A stretch of DNA of 63,001 bases, filler included, from Choristocarpus tenellus KU-1152 (taxonomy: Eukaryota > Protista > Phaeophyceae), in the NCBI GenBank assembly GCA_964200185.2. It is 10 parts of 10 records of this genome, joined end to end, with 100 filler letters (N's around TTAATTAATTAA, not from the genome) between each part and the next. Parts side by side here need not be neighbours in the genome. Positions count along the whole stretch, not along the records: positions 20,685 to 27,829 come from CAXNAD020006620.1; positions 27,930 to 37,647 come from CAXNAD020003455.1; positions 37,748 to 40,672 come from CAXNAD020023615.1; 7 more parts are not named here. One strand, given 5' to 3'. This document shows positions 25,022 through 37,791 of this stretch, one piece after another. The notes beneath the pieces were generated by a model. It ran no database searches. It had not been told where the DNA came from and saw nothing but the letters and a program-made list of their open reading frames with translations. The stretch's first letter is position 1, and every line of letters begins with the position of its first letter. A program made the translations under genes and the position numbers.

Positions 25022-27466
25022 GAGGAATTGATGATGATGGACACTGCTCGGGAAAAGCAGGCAAAGGCTGGCAGGAGGGACTACGATTACAGCGGGGCAG
25101 ATGTCTACGAGGAGGTTTTGCCGGGGTCACCTAGGGCCAAGGTGTGAGTGAGTGTGTAGTATGCGATTGCCTGTGTGCTTAGAAGGGGACAAAAAAGAGG
25201 GGCGATGTGCTTGAGGAGTGTTAGTTCATATATAGTTGGTTCTATATACGTTACGCTCTATCACAATCAGAGAGTTATTATTAGATAAATGGAAACGTTT
25301 TTTTTTTCTTAAATTTAATAATTTCCAAGAAGGGCACAGGCATACTTTCTGTTATGACGTTTCCTTGTGATTTTTTTGCATACAAAAGAAACTATATATA
25401 TATATATATAAATATAAAATGTACATGCAGCAGTAGGCAAGACATCAAGTTGTATGCCAAGATGGGTTAGGGTTAGAGTTAGGGTTAGGGTTAGGGTTCC
25501 AGCTCCCTCGAAAAGACTCTGGATGTATCTCTTTGATTGTTTGGTTCAGTGGTGCCAGAAGCAGGAGATGTCTAGCGCTATTTGAAATTTTGAAGAATGA
25601 TACGTTTTTTTGTGTTTGCTCTCTTTTGCTTGTAAGATCTCCGGTTTTGTGCTTGATGGTTGTCCCACTCAACGTGCCTCAATGTAACTGTTGTAGGACG
25701 TCAATCTTGTAATTTTTTTTCGTAGTGGACTATTTGCATAATTTTTTTGCTATTTTTTTGTATGAAAAATACAATGTCAGAACTATTGTAGTAAGGAGTA
25801 ATGGAGAAAATGACCGATCGATTTTGAACAAGTTTTGAAAATGATTAAAAGTGTAACATTTAAAAATAAACTACACTGGTGCTCTCTTGATCCTACTGTA
25901 GACTACTGCTTATTGTTACTGCTGTATTTTGGTTACATCATCTAACTCGCATGCCCACCATTTGTGTGTGTGTGTGTGTGTGTGTGTTTTCAAGTATTGT
26001 GTTGCAAGAGGCAGAGGGCGAGTGACTCCAACGCATTCCCTAACCCTGAAAGAATAAGAGAAAATCATTGGGGGTGTTCATAGGCATTGCGCGGATATGT
26101 GCACGACAAATGCACAAGAAATGATTAAAGGGAGGAGGCATCAAGAGGTTGGGATAAAAATGTTTTGTTGAGATCATCACCAGTCCCACATGAAGTCATT
26201 ACCTGACTGGAACAGCAACATCTCGGAGTCTCCACAAAATCAGGGACCAGAGCACCGTCTGGCTCAGTTAATGGGCCTTTATCTTACCAGCCCCTGCCCG
26301 GGCCCCGAGCAGTCTCCTCAATCTTGACATTCCCCCTCAAAATCTGCAGGACACCCCTGATGACCACACCCTCCCGATATTTGTCCTCCTGATGTACCCC
26401 TTTTTGTAGGAGGTCGATAGCATCTTGATTGGAGGATGTTGGTAGCAAGGATTTTTTTGTGGGTACCACATGGAGCTCTGTGGCTATCCCTCTCTTACTC
26501 TCTCTGTCTGCCTCTCTCTGTCTCTCTCTCTCTCTCCATACTTCCGTGAAGAGATGTCTATTGGTCTATTGAGATGTGCACATGCACTTCGCCCACAAAG
26601 ATGCACAAGACAGGGCCAGAGAACTGTTTTCCTATTGGAAATTTATTTGTTGACGACATAATGTACTTTCCTGCTAGTGCTGTTGTGTAACTTCAAGAGT
26701 ACATGCTAGTGTGAGGGGGTACCAAGTAGGAGAGTAAATAGAAGTGTCTGTATGTATAACGTGCACATATTAACCAGGTATGTGCACCCATAGTAATATG
26801 CATGCTACTGAAGCACGCATCGATCTACTACTGCGAATGAATATGGTACTGGTAGCCACTGCGCACTCTTAGTGCCTAGACACTTTCCCTCTGGCAGTGT
26901 GGGCTACATAAATGCCCCCAGATGGTGTCAGATTTATTGCATCACTTTTGTCGGAGGTCTAGAAGGCAAAATCCCTTGAACAAGGTTACCCTAAAACCTC
27001 GTCGAAGTCCTCCACTTGATCTACCTGTTCAAAACGCCTCCAGCTGCGAAGTTAAAAAATAAAATTAAAAAATGCTTTCCTGACGCCGTGTTTCACAAGA
27101 ACTGTTCTAACTGACAGTGCTGAACCGAGGCAGTGCTAGGTATAGTATGTGCTGATGGTGGTTAGGGTTATGGTGTGCTTTGAGAGGACCGGGTATGAAT
27201 CACTACTGTGCTTGGTGTATGGCATATACCTGTTGATCTTGATCTATAAACGCCTTCCATGTGCTGTACTTTCGTAACTTCGATCAGCGTGCCTTCAGAC
27301 GCACGTACACTGTGTCCACGACAGTAGTGAGATTTACATACAGATAAAAGAGAATATTCGTTGTTTATTTTTCTCTTTTTTTTTGTTATTTCAGGAGCTG
27401 GCTGCAGAGGCAAAGACTTTCCCATCCCGCCTGCCGAGACGCCTGAGGCGATGCTTTGAGGACAAG
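25022..27466 (+). CDS. Two candidate phase-0 exons (25022-25141, 27395-27466) of an unidentified protein
   Basis: cag|EELMMMDTAREKQAK...SPRAK|gt and polypyrimidine-ttcag|ELAAEAK...FEDK|gtgag. A link to CEP290 is not shown because a linker intervenes. Confidence 0.5.
25464..25498 (+). repeat. Interstitial telomere-like (TTAGGG) array, 5-6 units
   Basis: gggttagggttagagttagggttagggttagggtt. Confidence 0.95.
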
Positions 27467-27929
27467 GTGAGGATACAATCACGCTGGTTACTATCTGTAC
27501 GTTTTTGATACGGTAGGTACAAGGCCCTTTTTTGCAGTATTAATAGTGTAGTAGTTTATGCAGCGAGTTCAAAGCTCAATTTTGCGTCCGTGTTTTTGTT
27601 TGGACTTGCATGTATGAATTGTCTGCGACTGTGTCTCTGCTACTACTGTTTGGGGGATATTTGGGGATATTTATGTATGTACATATATGTATGTTTTGCT
27701 TTTGTGGTAGGGCTGCCTTCAAAAGTAATCTGGAGTATATCTGTCGTCTGCTGTGACACCCCCCCCCCCCCTTGTTCAGACCTTGTACGAGGGCAGCGCC
27801 TCGTTGAGAGGGGTGGGATACTGTGGAGGNNNNNNNNNNNNNNNNNNNNNNNNNNNNNNNNNNNNNNNNNNNNTTAATTAATTAANNNNNNNNNNNNNNN
27901 NNNNNNNNNNNNNNNNNNNNNNNNNNNNN

Positions 27930-28665
27930 GGCCTCCGCCTCCATACAGCAGGACGGCCTGACCCCGCATGACCCAAAGCATCTGGGGGGGAGGGGAGGGG
28001 GGGACTACACCAGGGTGTTCATTTGGGTCATAAACAGGAAAACTACACTTACATTATCCATCCGATGTATGCAACCAAATCACCCAAAAATCGCAACATG
28101 AAAAATTGTTCCCAAGTTGACAGTCGCCACCCCCCCCAGATACTCTGAGTCCACATGGGTAAGGGCACATTGAGGAAGCTGAACAGAGCAGAGATGGAGG
28201 AGGGATGGAGCATTAAGCTCGTAGCACAGCCAGCGCAGTCGCCAGATCTCAACATCAATGATTTGGGGGTTTTGCATCTCTGAAGAGCAGGTTTTGGGCG
28301 GATGTTATGGCACCATTGATGAACTTTTAGAGGGGGTTTCAAGCATATTCCACATGTACGATGGAGACACACTCGAGAGAGTATGGCAGAGTCTGTTTAA
28401 GAGGTACAGTCAGGTGTTAAGGGCACTGGGGGGAAACGATTTTGAGGTAGAGCACACCAGGATCAAAAAAAGGCAGTGGAAGGGCAGGAGGGCATGTTGG
28501 CTAGATCAAAGTAAACCAAGCGACCTCTGCGGCGGCCCTGGATTGACAGCATTGAATAAAGGCGAGACAGTTCTTTAATGAACAATACTCCAAGGTCCAT
28601 TTTGTAGTCGGAGGTCATCCCAAAGAGCTACAACTTAATGGCCCAGACTTATGGGACAGAGTGAG
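27930..28665 (+). mobile_element. Mariner-like element 3' part: transposase relic and right TIR
   Basis: QQDG..PH, QPAQSPDLNINDLG, LERVWQSLF...GGNDF; end acttatgggacagagtgag followed by TA. Confidence 0.9.
27970..28151 (-). mobile_element. MITE family A inside the mariner DDE region
   Basis: TIRs gacccaaagcatctgggg / ccccagatactctgagtc; flanks CAT/CAC duplicate the His codon. Confidence 0.9.
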
Positions 28666-29967
28666 TAAGTCAAGGCCTGGGGAGGCACCTGACACATTTG
28701 AAAGGCATGAAAACTGACAGCCTACTCCTGGAGTGAGAAAGGCACCTACTTTCCTTTTTTGTCAAGGGGCACAGCCTATACTGTACCCCTGAGCTACGAC
28801 AAGGTATCAGGAGTTGACCTTCCCAAAGTTTTAAGCTGTAAAGGTGTGTGAGGGTGATGTGTAGTGCCCCAATCACATATATTGATCCGTGAGGCAGACT
28901 GCATGTCTTGCAATTTTGCCAAGCAACCTTGGGGTTCTACATCCCTCGTGGTGGCATTATTCATCAATGAATACCATGCTTTGAAAAATATTTTTGACCT
29001 GGGATATTCAGAAGAACTGAGCCAGTAGGAGCACAGGTGAAATTGGGAAGGGGGGGAAGGATGTGCAACATGGTGGAGAAATATAGGTTGGAGAGGTCAG
29101 TTAGACAAGGGAAACAAGTAGGAAGGGGATGGAAACTGTAGAGTTATCAAAGAAAGGACATGCAAAGAGATGTGTTGTGTAGAGCCAGAAGAACAGAGGT
29201 GAGTGTGCAATACTGAACATACTGAAGTGTGGAAGCTGAGGGGGGTATCTCATCTCACCTCTCCTTCATCGTGCCCGTAGTTTCCAGTCCCAATAGTGGT
29301 TCTTAATGGTGCTATCAAGCGTAGCAGTCCTTTCACGAGCTTTATTCTACAATATCGTCATGAGAGGGTAAAAATCACCTTCTCAAATGTGAAGTTCATA
29401 CTTTCAGACTCATGGCACTATCTATGCATCATCACTGACAAGAATAGCATTCTTGTTACCAAGAACCTCACCCATGACATCTTCTGCTCCAGAAAGTGAG
29501 GGTCAGAGAATATGTATGTATATAAATTGAAGCAGTCCTGGCCCCCATCCGCACATAATAGAGATGTACTCCGCAGCAATCCCTAGATGGGGCAAGATGC
29601 TTATAGACAGACTACACCCACCATCTTTGCTGGTTAGATGAAATTTTTCTTTAGCTAGATAACGTTTCTGTTTTGTGTGTATTGTGTATCACTGGGCCAT
29701 GTTCTCAACAATAGCCCTATGATGCGTCTCCCACTACAGAACACGCCTGAATATGGCAATCTGTTGAAGTCTGACAATGAGAATCCGACCACACTCTTTG
29801 AGCAACCCCACCCCCCCACCCCAGTCTTCTAGTTATCTCCTCACAATGTGTTTTACAATCTGCCCTTATGTGGGACTGCTCAAGTCAACTCACCCCCTGC
29901 CCCTTGCAACCCCTCTCCTACTCCTGCATCTTCCGTGGCAACTTGTGGTCTTGTCCTTGCGCATCAG

Positions 29968-30524
29968 AACTCGAAACTGCAAACAGGTGTATCACCTCAA
30001 AAGACCAAGAACTTGGGAGACTGAGCCGTGGAGTTCATCCACCAGGTCGAACTGCTCTTCCCATAGACGAAGATGCTGCCAAAGAAGTGGAGACCGAGAC
30101 TGCCGCACTACGTTCTCAAATCGCTGAGCAGGCTGAGCTGATACGCCTCCTACGTGAGGGTCAGAACGTTGAAGAGGGTCCCTGGAACGAACAGCCTGGG
30201 CAGTTTGGCAGAGATGCCATTGTGGAGGAGCTTCAACAAGAGGCAGAGCAGCTCCAACAAAGGTTAGCAGAAAGTGAACGGGAGCTGGAACGGATGAGGC
30301 GCCGAGCAGGCAACAATGCTGGTTCTGGGAGTGGGGGGGGGAGGACTGGCTCTGAGACTCTGCTACGATTGGAGTCAGACAACCAACGCCTTGAGAGGGA
30401 GAATGAACGTTTGAATCGGGAACTGCAGGCATTTGACTTAGATTTCTTTGAAGAGATAGAGGACCTCAAGTACAAGTACAGCGAGGCCGTCAAGAAACTT
30501 GAGCAGTATGAGAGGCAGGACTGA
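29968..30524 (+). CDS. CEP290: Terminal exon of a CEP290-like centrosomal/transition-zone coiled-coil protein
   Basis: C-terminus ELQAFDLDFFEEIEDLKYKY resembles the conserved CEP290 tail (FD..FFEEIEDLKY.Y); heptad-rich; acceptor at 29967 or 29986. Confidence 0.85.
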
Positions 30525-33500
30525 AGTGCAGAGGGATGCGAGAGTGGGAACTGGTTGAACTATCAGATCCCTTTGTTCGCTGTGCATGAAGCATATTGCA
30601 ATTTGATAGGTCGAAGAGGGGGCAGCTCCTCTGCCCCTGTGCTTAGCATGTGTTTTCTATTGAACAGATTGCCCATTTTTCCTCACAATTCTTGTTTCAC
30701 CCAATCACATGGTCTGTTGGAACGAGAGGACTGATACGATGCAAGAGCAAGACCCTCCACAGCAAGTTGTAAATTGTTCCCAAATGCTGTCCCAATCATT
30801 ACACCCGACATTCTACACAAGAAATACCTCTTCTTTTTTTTGTTCAGGCATAACACAGATAATCTCCACCTCATGCTACTGTGATGAGTGGACCAATATA
30901 TCGATGCGTTCTTGGTCACTTTTTCTATGAACTTTTGACATTTGTATATGGTGTGTTCTGTTTACCTTCTCTAGGCTGCCCTTAAATGTGTCCTTTACAG
31001 TGCAGAGTAGATAGTACCCTCTACAGGATTCGTGCCCTACTCCACAATGACATAATGAGGATGGTATGGGGCATCTAATCCTAAGATTATTTTCTGTACA
31101 TAGATTGAGGGAGAGAAAGTGTTCAACTGATGGTTGTTGATGGTGCCAAGATTACTTTTCAGATCCGCATGTCCTCTAATGCTCTACCCCCTCAGGCTTG
31201 CAATATGCATGGACAATTTTCCCAAATATTGGAAAGGGAAGTTTCCCACAACACTCACCGTATCCAATAGGTGGAGGGAAGTACTTTTAAGTTCACCTGC
31301 CCAATAGGCAAAGATCAAAAGGAAGTGCTTCCCGAGAGTCAATAAGTAGCCCATACCCAGAGAAGAAGTACAGGTTTTTCCAGTGGGAAGTTCAACAATT
31401 TACAAAACGCAGTGTGTGGAGGTGCCACCATATCTGGACTACTTTGTCGAAACACACAGAGAGACAAGATGTATAGGTAAAGAAGATGAGTTGTAGAGGC
31501 ACCAACAATTATTAATTCCCTGCACCTAGCAGTGTATTACGTCCCCTGATCGGAATTAAATTTAACATATAACTTTTGCAACCTCTGTTCTTGGGCGGGA
31601 ACGATCCACACGATAAACTCTCTCGAGGGTTAGATCTCATATAGATTGGGAGTCGTACAAAGTATGAGGTGATGGGCTGTCATGACTGTTGAGGAGCTCC
31701 ACTGCAAAGTCAACCAAAAGCCTCCTGAAACTGTAGAAGGGGGTGTTTATTGGGATGCCTAGGACAAAGACCCCACATCATTCTAGCGGCTTGCTTGTCC
31801 CATCGGTCCCAATTCTCTGGTCCAGAAGTCTGTCCGGGGTCAGGATTCAAACACCCTGACGAAGAGTTGTGTGGTGGTGCGCAATTCCTGAGGTGAGAGG
31901 GTGTGAGACTTGGATTCCTCGGGGAACGGCGGCGGCCATCGCGGAGGACCTCAGAATTTCCTCAATCACCGTGTTCCGTCATCTGAAGGAGTATGATAGC
32001 CAGATTGCACAGGATGAATGCATGGACCTTGTACAACGTCGTAAGGGGCGATATGGCAACCGTACAAATATCCTCAATATTTGGGATGTCCCATCGGTAT
32101 ACTGCACATCCTTCTGCAAATGGGCAGCCAAAGCTGGGGTCTCCCTTGCCTAGTTGTGGGATCTGTGCAATCAAGAAGGTGAAGAAGGCCAAGCTGTGGA
32201 TAAAGCCAGTCCTCTCAGACCAGCAGAGTGTCAACAGGGTGGGTTTCGTCATCAGTAGCATGGAGGGTTTCCTTAACATAGTTGAGGCGTTTGCATTATT
32301 TGATGTTTGGTGCATGTGTGGTCCTGAACCTATGCTCACTCCTTTCACAAATAACAGGGATGTAAGCCCCAACGTGGGGTGGAGTCCTTGCATGCTATCA
32401 TAGATCAGTTCCTGTGGTTGAACTGTCTATAATTCAATTGAATTCTCGAGACCTGACAATAGGATCAAGGGTGGCACTATAATTGGCTGGGGAAGGCCAA
32501 CACGTGATCGCGGGAGCTTGCTGGAGCTTGGAGTGCACACAAACGGGCAGAAACCAGTATAGTTACTTGATTGACAGGGTCCAATATGTCAATGAACGAC
32601 GGAGATGGATCTGGCGCAGCCTGGGGGGGGTTGCATGAGACCGATTGGTCTAAATTGATGACAGTGCAATATATTCAACCTCCACAGGTTGAGAGAATTG
32701 CTGAGAAGGAGGTGAGGGGGTTTCTGACAGCGCGACGCGAATATGACATGAGCGTTAGGATGCAACACTCAAAAGGAGGTATACAAATTGCCTTCATGAC
32801 GCTGTCCGAGTCCTTAACCGCTGCTCAGAGACAAGCACTGGTGCAGGGCGAACTGAAAAACAATTGGGCTGCAGCGACAAAGGAGCAACTCCTTAAAGAG
32901 CTAAAGAAGGTGGCGAGAGTCGATGACGAAAGCAGAACCTTCGACACTGGGCAAATTCGAAGGGATTTGCGTACGGTGGCCCGGATGGGAAACGAAGGGT
33001 CAGCCGCGGATAGTCATGGCTGTGATCCAGGATATCGAAAGGTATATAGGAAGAAAACAATCTGGATGGTGGTTTCCGTAGTAATGCTGGACAAGTAGGG
33101 GAGACTTGGAAGGCAGGGCCGGGAAAGGTACTCTCACAGGCCTTTATTGCAGGGCTTAAACCCCCTGTGTTTAAGGCTGAAATTGCCAAGTATGTGGCTT
33201 GGGATTCTGAGCTAAAAAAGGATCCAGACCAGATCTTTGAGCTGGTAAAGGAGGAAGCCGAAAACTGGAGAATGTATGAGAGAGTCTGGGCATATGAAAC
33301 GAAACGAACCCAAGCAAGGTGAACCTGGTGGCAAATACCAAGAGGGGAAGCCTAAGTTTGGAGAGACGAATGGCAAGCCAGGGGAAGGCACACCTGGTAG
33401 TGGACTGAGTGTGAGGAAGAACAAGTTCCAAGCGACTTGTGATGCATGTGGGAAAGTTGGGAATTAACATGCTCAATGCCGAAGCTTGCTGGTTGGAGTC

Positions 33501-36090
33501 TGGAAGGAGCAGTAGCATCAGCAGCAGAGGCATCCACAACATTGTGGTAGAGGTACAGACCCTGTGAGGGGATCTGGACCAGGGCAAAGACACTAACCCG
33601 AGGGTGCCAGACAGCAACCCTCAAGTATGTGGGGAGAAACAAGCAATCTAGGTACAGCCCAAGGTACAAGGAGCTAGCAGGGGCTAGCTCCACAGCCTGC
33701 TACCGAGTTCGGGCAAGGCACTGGTGGTGGGAGTATGAGTGGCAGGGCAATGAGGGTCGATGAGATGGTTCCTGATGATGTAGATCATGGGATGCCTCTG
33801 CTGTCGCCTAGCCCGGATCCCAACATTAATCCTTATGCAGGCCATACTGGTCTGCGAAAAATCCAGGGCACTCATGAGGATGTGTCCCTAGCTACAGAAG
33901 GGGTGGATGTAGAAAGGCTGAGCTACCACGGTACAGCAGATGTAACTCCAGTGGGGTCAACATGCATGGGAAGTTGCCTTTCAGGATGAAGGCCCTAATG
34001 GACCCAGGGTCAGGGATCACAGGTATATCTGCGAGCCTGGTGCTAAAACGGTAGCAGCATTTTGGTGGAGCAGCGCTAACATAGCCCCTCCACCAGCCCT
34101 TCCCCATAAAGATAGCAAATGGTTTATCCGAGTCCATAGGGAACGTGACTCATCCTCTTAATGTGGCACTCCACTGGGGATATGGGCCCATGGTAGTGAG
34201 AAATCTTATCTTGGGGCAGTTATGCCAGGCAATGATGATGTGTTAATTGTGGGCAGCAAGACATTGCGGGACGTGTTAGGCTTTGACATGAAGCAATCCT
34301 TCAAGGAAGCGCCCTGAAGGAAGACAGAACTGCACATCGCAGATCTGCAACAAGATATTACTTCTATGCTGTATATGAGTGTTAGCGTGGAGGTGATGCA
34401 GGAGAGCATGGGGGCGGCTCATCTGGACAGACGCGATGACTCCGTCTCTACACTACTGGCGCAAGGCGCTGAGCTCAGGATGGACCCTGCAGAGGAGGAA
34501 AAAAAACGAGTCTTGGCCTTAGAAACCTCCTCAACAAGAGGCACAACGGACCAGGATGCCCTTGGGTGCCTGTGGGCGCCTACAACAAATGATAGCAACC
34601 CGGACCAATGTGTTACGGTTATTCTTCGGGCGTGACCTGCCTGCCAAGGTGGAGCCCATATGGGTGGTGCTGAAGGAAACTCCTGTGAAGGCCAGACCCA
34701 GGGCGTCTCATCCACAGCAACACAGCTGGATGGCAGAATTTGTGGGCCTACTGGTCGTACTGGGGATGCTGAGGTGGACCCCACAGGATATATAAAGCAA
34801 CCCATCATTACCTTTGCCCAAGCCTGAGGGGCGAGGCTACTGGCTGGTGACGGATTTTAGCGGAGTGAACATTGTCTCACAGGCGATGGAGCTCTCACAC
34901 CCTAGGGAGGAGTGTGCAGTGCTGATGTCTTCAGACGCCTCTGACAAGCACTAGGGGTGTTTTATTACACAGATCCCTCTCAGTTGGAGCTGAATGGAGG
35001 AGTGGCAGTGGAAAATATGAGCCATAAGCTGCTGGAATTCCTGAGTAGTTCTTTCCAGGGATCAAATCTACGCTGGGTCAAGGTGGATAAGGAGGCATTT
35101 TCCATCGTGGGAACTTGTCGGCGTTTGGGGTGGGTGCTCTGGCAGGGGGTCCACATTTTTTGCGATCATCGAAATCTCGCCTATATCTTTCACCCATCCC
35201 TGTGTGTCACAATATCTAAGGTCACTGCTCAATGTCTTTCACATTGGGTCACATTCCTGGGACATTATGACTACACTATCCAGCACAACACTGGAGAGCG
35301 GAAGTGCTGGGGAACTTGTTGTCTAGGTGGACTGATATCCCTGTGGTGGTGGTGCGAGCTACAGCCGTGTCTCTGGAAGTGCGGGGGGAGGACACCCTGC
35401 CATCAAGAGTGGTGTACATGAGGCACAGCTAGCGGCCATCAAAGCCCTAGGGGGTGGAACGATGCATGCAAGTAGAGGAATTATGAACTCTGCTGGCCGT
35501 GTACATCAAGACCAGGACAATATGATGCGGGAGGGTGCTGAGATTACCGCCCCATTGTGGATACCTGATGAGGTCAAGGATCTGCAAACGCACCTTATGG
35601 TGTGTGCACATATGGGAGAAGCTGGGCATCATGGTAGGGCAGCAACGGTGCGGAGGCTAAAGGGGTATTGCGTTTGGTCTACAATGGAAGCAGATGTGGC
35701 GGATTTTGTACAGGACTGCTTGAACTGCATGGATTTTAAGGCTGGTGAGCGTGTACCCAGACCCTACAGGGAGATGGTGCACGGCACAGCGGTGGGGCAG
35801 GTAGCTTCACTTTGACTATTTACACGTAGGTGAAGCGGGCCATTGGAGGATGATGGTCTGGACGATAACAAGGTTACAAGTATATCCTGGTCATGGTGGA
35901 TGACAAATCAGTTTCAATGGCTGGAACCAGCTTAGATGTGCAATACCGAGATCACAGCAAGGCATTTGCACATGTGGTGTACAACAATGGGGATGCCAGA
36001 GGTTTGAGTGAGCGATACAGCAAGCCGCTTAAAGAATCAGGTACTGCGGCGGATACAGGAGCTATCTGGGGTGGATCACCGCTTCACAAT

Positions 36091-36349
36091 GAGTCAAAGT
36101 ATCTTAGAGGGTATAGCCACGTCCATTTGGGGGCCAAAATCCAATGTTGCGATTTAGATGTAATTTTGGCTATTGTGTTTGTTAGGGAGTGTCAATATCC
36201 TCGTTCTGGACATACCTTTTCATAACCTATACATTTTACCTACTCCGAAATATTTTGGAGTAGAAAAATGTCATTAAAAAACACTTGGTAAGCCAAGCCC
36301 CAAATGGACAAACAGGGCAAATCTCGTATCCTCTAAGATACTTTCACTC
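36091..36349 (+). mobile_element. MITE family B (259 bp) inside the gypsy integrase
   Basis: TIRs gagtcaaagtatcttagagg / cctctaagatactttcactc; TSD AAT; removing it restores HRFTIANSPW. Confidence 0.95.
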
Positions 36350-36871
36350 AATAGCCAACTCTCCCTGGACTAATGTGACAAGGGAGAGAATGAGAATGCG
36401 TGAGGTGATAAGGACACTGAAGGCGATGCTAAGCGAGAGAAAATGTTTGGTCAGTGACTGGGTATTATATGCCTGCTGTGCAGTGGGCGCTGAACACAGG
36501 GTATCGGGAACTATACAACACTACGCCATACCACGTATGTATCATCGGGAACCTCATACTACTCTATCAACTGTGAGTAACTTGCAGGAAGGAACATGGT
36601 CACCTGTACCATTGAATAAAGAGCAGATGCAGGCCTTGACTGGGGAACTACAGGTTGCCCAGGAACAGCTGCACAAGGGGGTTCTGGGGCGGGTCCAGCA
36701 CAATCACACACGGCAACACAGGGCAGCTAATCAGGGTGTAATGCCAAACTTTGCCGTAGGCGACTTTGTAATGGTGGTACGAGTACGTAAGAAGGGAAGC
36801 ACACCCAAGCTGGTAAGCACTTGGACTGGGCCATGGCATGCGGTGGCCACGGAACAGCCAAATGTTAAGAG

Positions 36872-37219
36872 GTGCAGAATATCATCTCTGTTGACGTGCA
36901 ACAGATACATGTGTCGAGGTTGTGGTTCTATGCAGACAAGGAGTTGAACGTGACCACGGAGATGAAACAAACATTCCAGTACATGCAGAACCAGGGGGAA
37001 TTTGAAATATCTGATATTCTGACAGTGCGCAAGGTAGAAGGATATGAATACCAGGTTTTGGTGGATGGGTTGGGATTTAGTGAGGACGAGAGGACATGGG
37101 AGCCACTCTCTTCCATTTTTGAGGATGCCCCTGTTTTTCTATGTAAACAGTTGAAGAAACTGAAGTTGCATGTACGAGTGCGCAATGCCATTAGGCGGCA
37201 GTACAAGATTGATATTTGA
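36872..37219 (+). CDS. Gypsy integrase C-terminus with chromodomain (intact frame fragment)
   Basis: EFEISDIL...YQVLVDGLGFSEDERTWEPLSSIFEDAP. Confidence 0.85.
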   Translation: MQNIISVDVQQIHVSRLWFYADKELNVTTEMKQTFQYMQNQGEFEISDILTVRKVEGYEYQVLVDGLGFSEDERTWEPLSSIFEDAPVFLCKQLKKLKLHVRVRNAIRRQYKIDI

Positions 37220-37791
37220 GTTAGATATTATATGCTGCACTTTGTCGAGCTGGCAGTTTTGCTACTATTGGTAGCATGCTTGGCTCTGGGGGTGTTGTAG
37301 ACACAGCATGGAGGGTTTTCATAACATAGCTGAGGCGTTTGCATTATTTGATGTTTGGAGCATATGTGGTCCTTGACTAGACCTATGCTCACTCCGTTAA
37401 CAAATAACAGAACTGTAAGTCCCAACTTGGGGTGGACTCCTTACATGCTATCATAGATCAGTTCCTGTGGTTGAACTGTCTATAACGCACAGGGCGGGGG
37501 TGAGTGGGGTATTAGTGAACGATCTATATGACTGGGTGCATGTGGACGAGAAGTGGTTTTACGTCCCCAAAGATGGGCAAGGTGTGTACCTGCACCCCAC
37601 TGGGGACCTCCCCTAACCCCCACGGGCTCAGAATAAGCGTTATATTANNNNNNNNNNNNNNNNNNNNNNNNNNNNNNNNNNNNNNNNNNNNTTAATTAAT
37701 TAANNNNNNNNNNNNNNNNNNNNNNNNNNNNNNNNNNNNNNNNNNNNCCCCTCCCTCCTTCCCGCCCCCCGTCCCGATTATCTTCTTCCTC

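Larger units (their letters stand above)
32257..37487 (+). mobile_element. Ty3/gypsy chromovirus-type LTR retrotransposon, degenerate
   Basis: LTRs about 32257-32432 (5'-truncated) and 37293-37487; gag with knuckle CDACGKVG; protease ALMDPGS; RNase H SDASD...DKEAFSIV...IFCDHRNL; integrase H..GH..C..C; chromodomain YQVLV.GLGF..ERTWEP. Confidence 0.93.
31540..37647 (+). mobile_element. Mariner-like element (VHVDEKWFY type) split by a gypsy insertion
   Basis: 5' TIR after TA; WIKPVLSDQQ..NRVGFV before the gypsy and DLYDWVHVDEKWFY...AQNKRYI after it. Confidence 0.88.

Noticed and set aside
25022-30524. A single CEP290 model including the 25-27 kb exons
   Set aside because: An artificial linker at 27830-27929 separates them and I cannot recognise CEP290 motifs in those exons.
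36091-36349. MITEs acting as introner-type spliceable introns
   Set aside because: Termini are GA...TC on both strands, not GT/GC...AG, and the observed insertions are in dead TEs.
37610-37622. ccctaacccc as another telomere insertion in the mariner ORF
   Set aside because: Equally explained by a point mutation to TAA in a Pro-rich stretch; no ancestral evidence.
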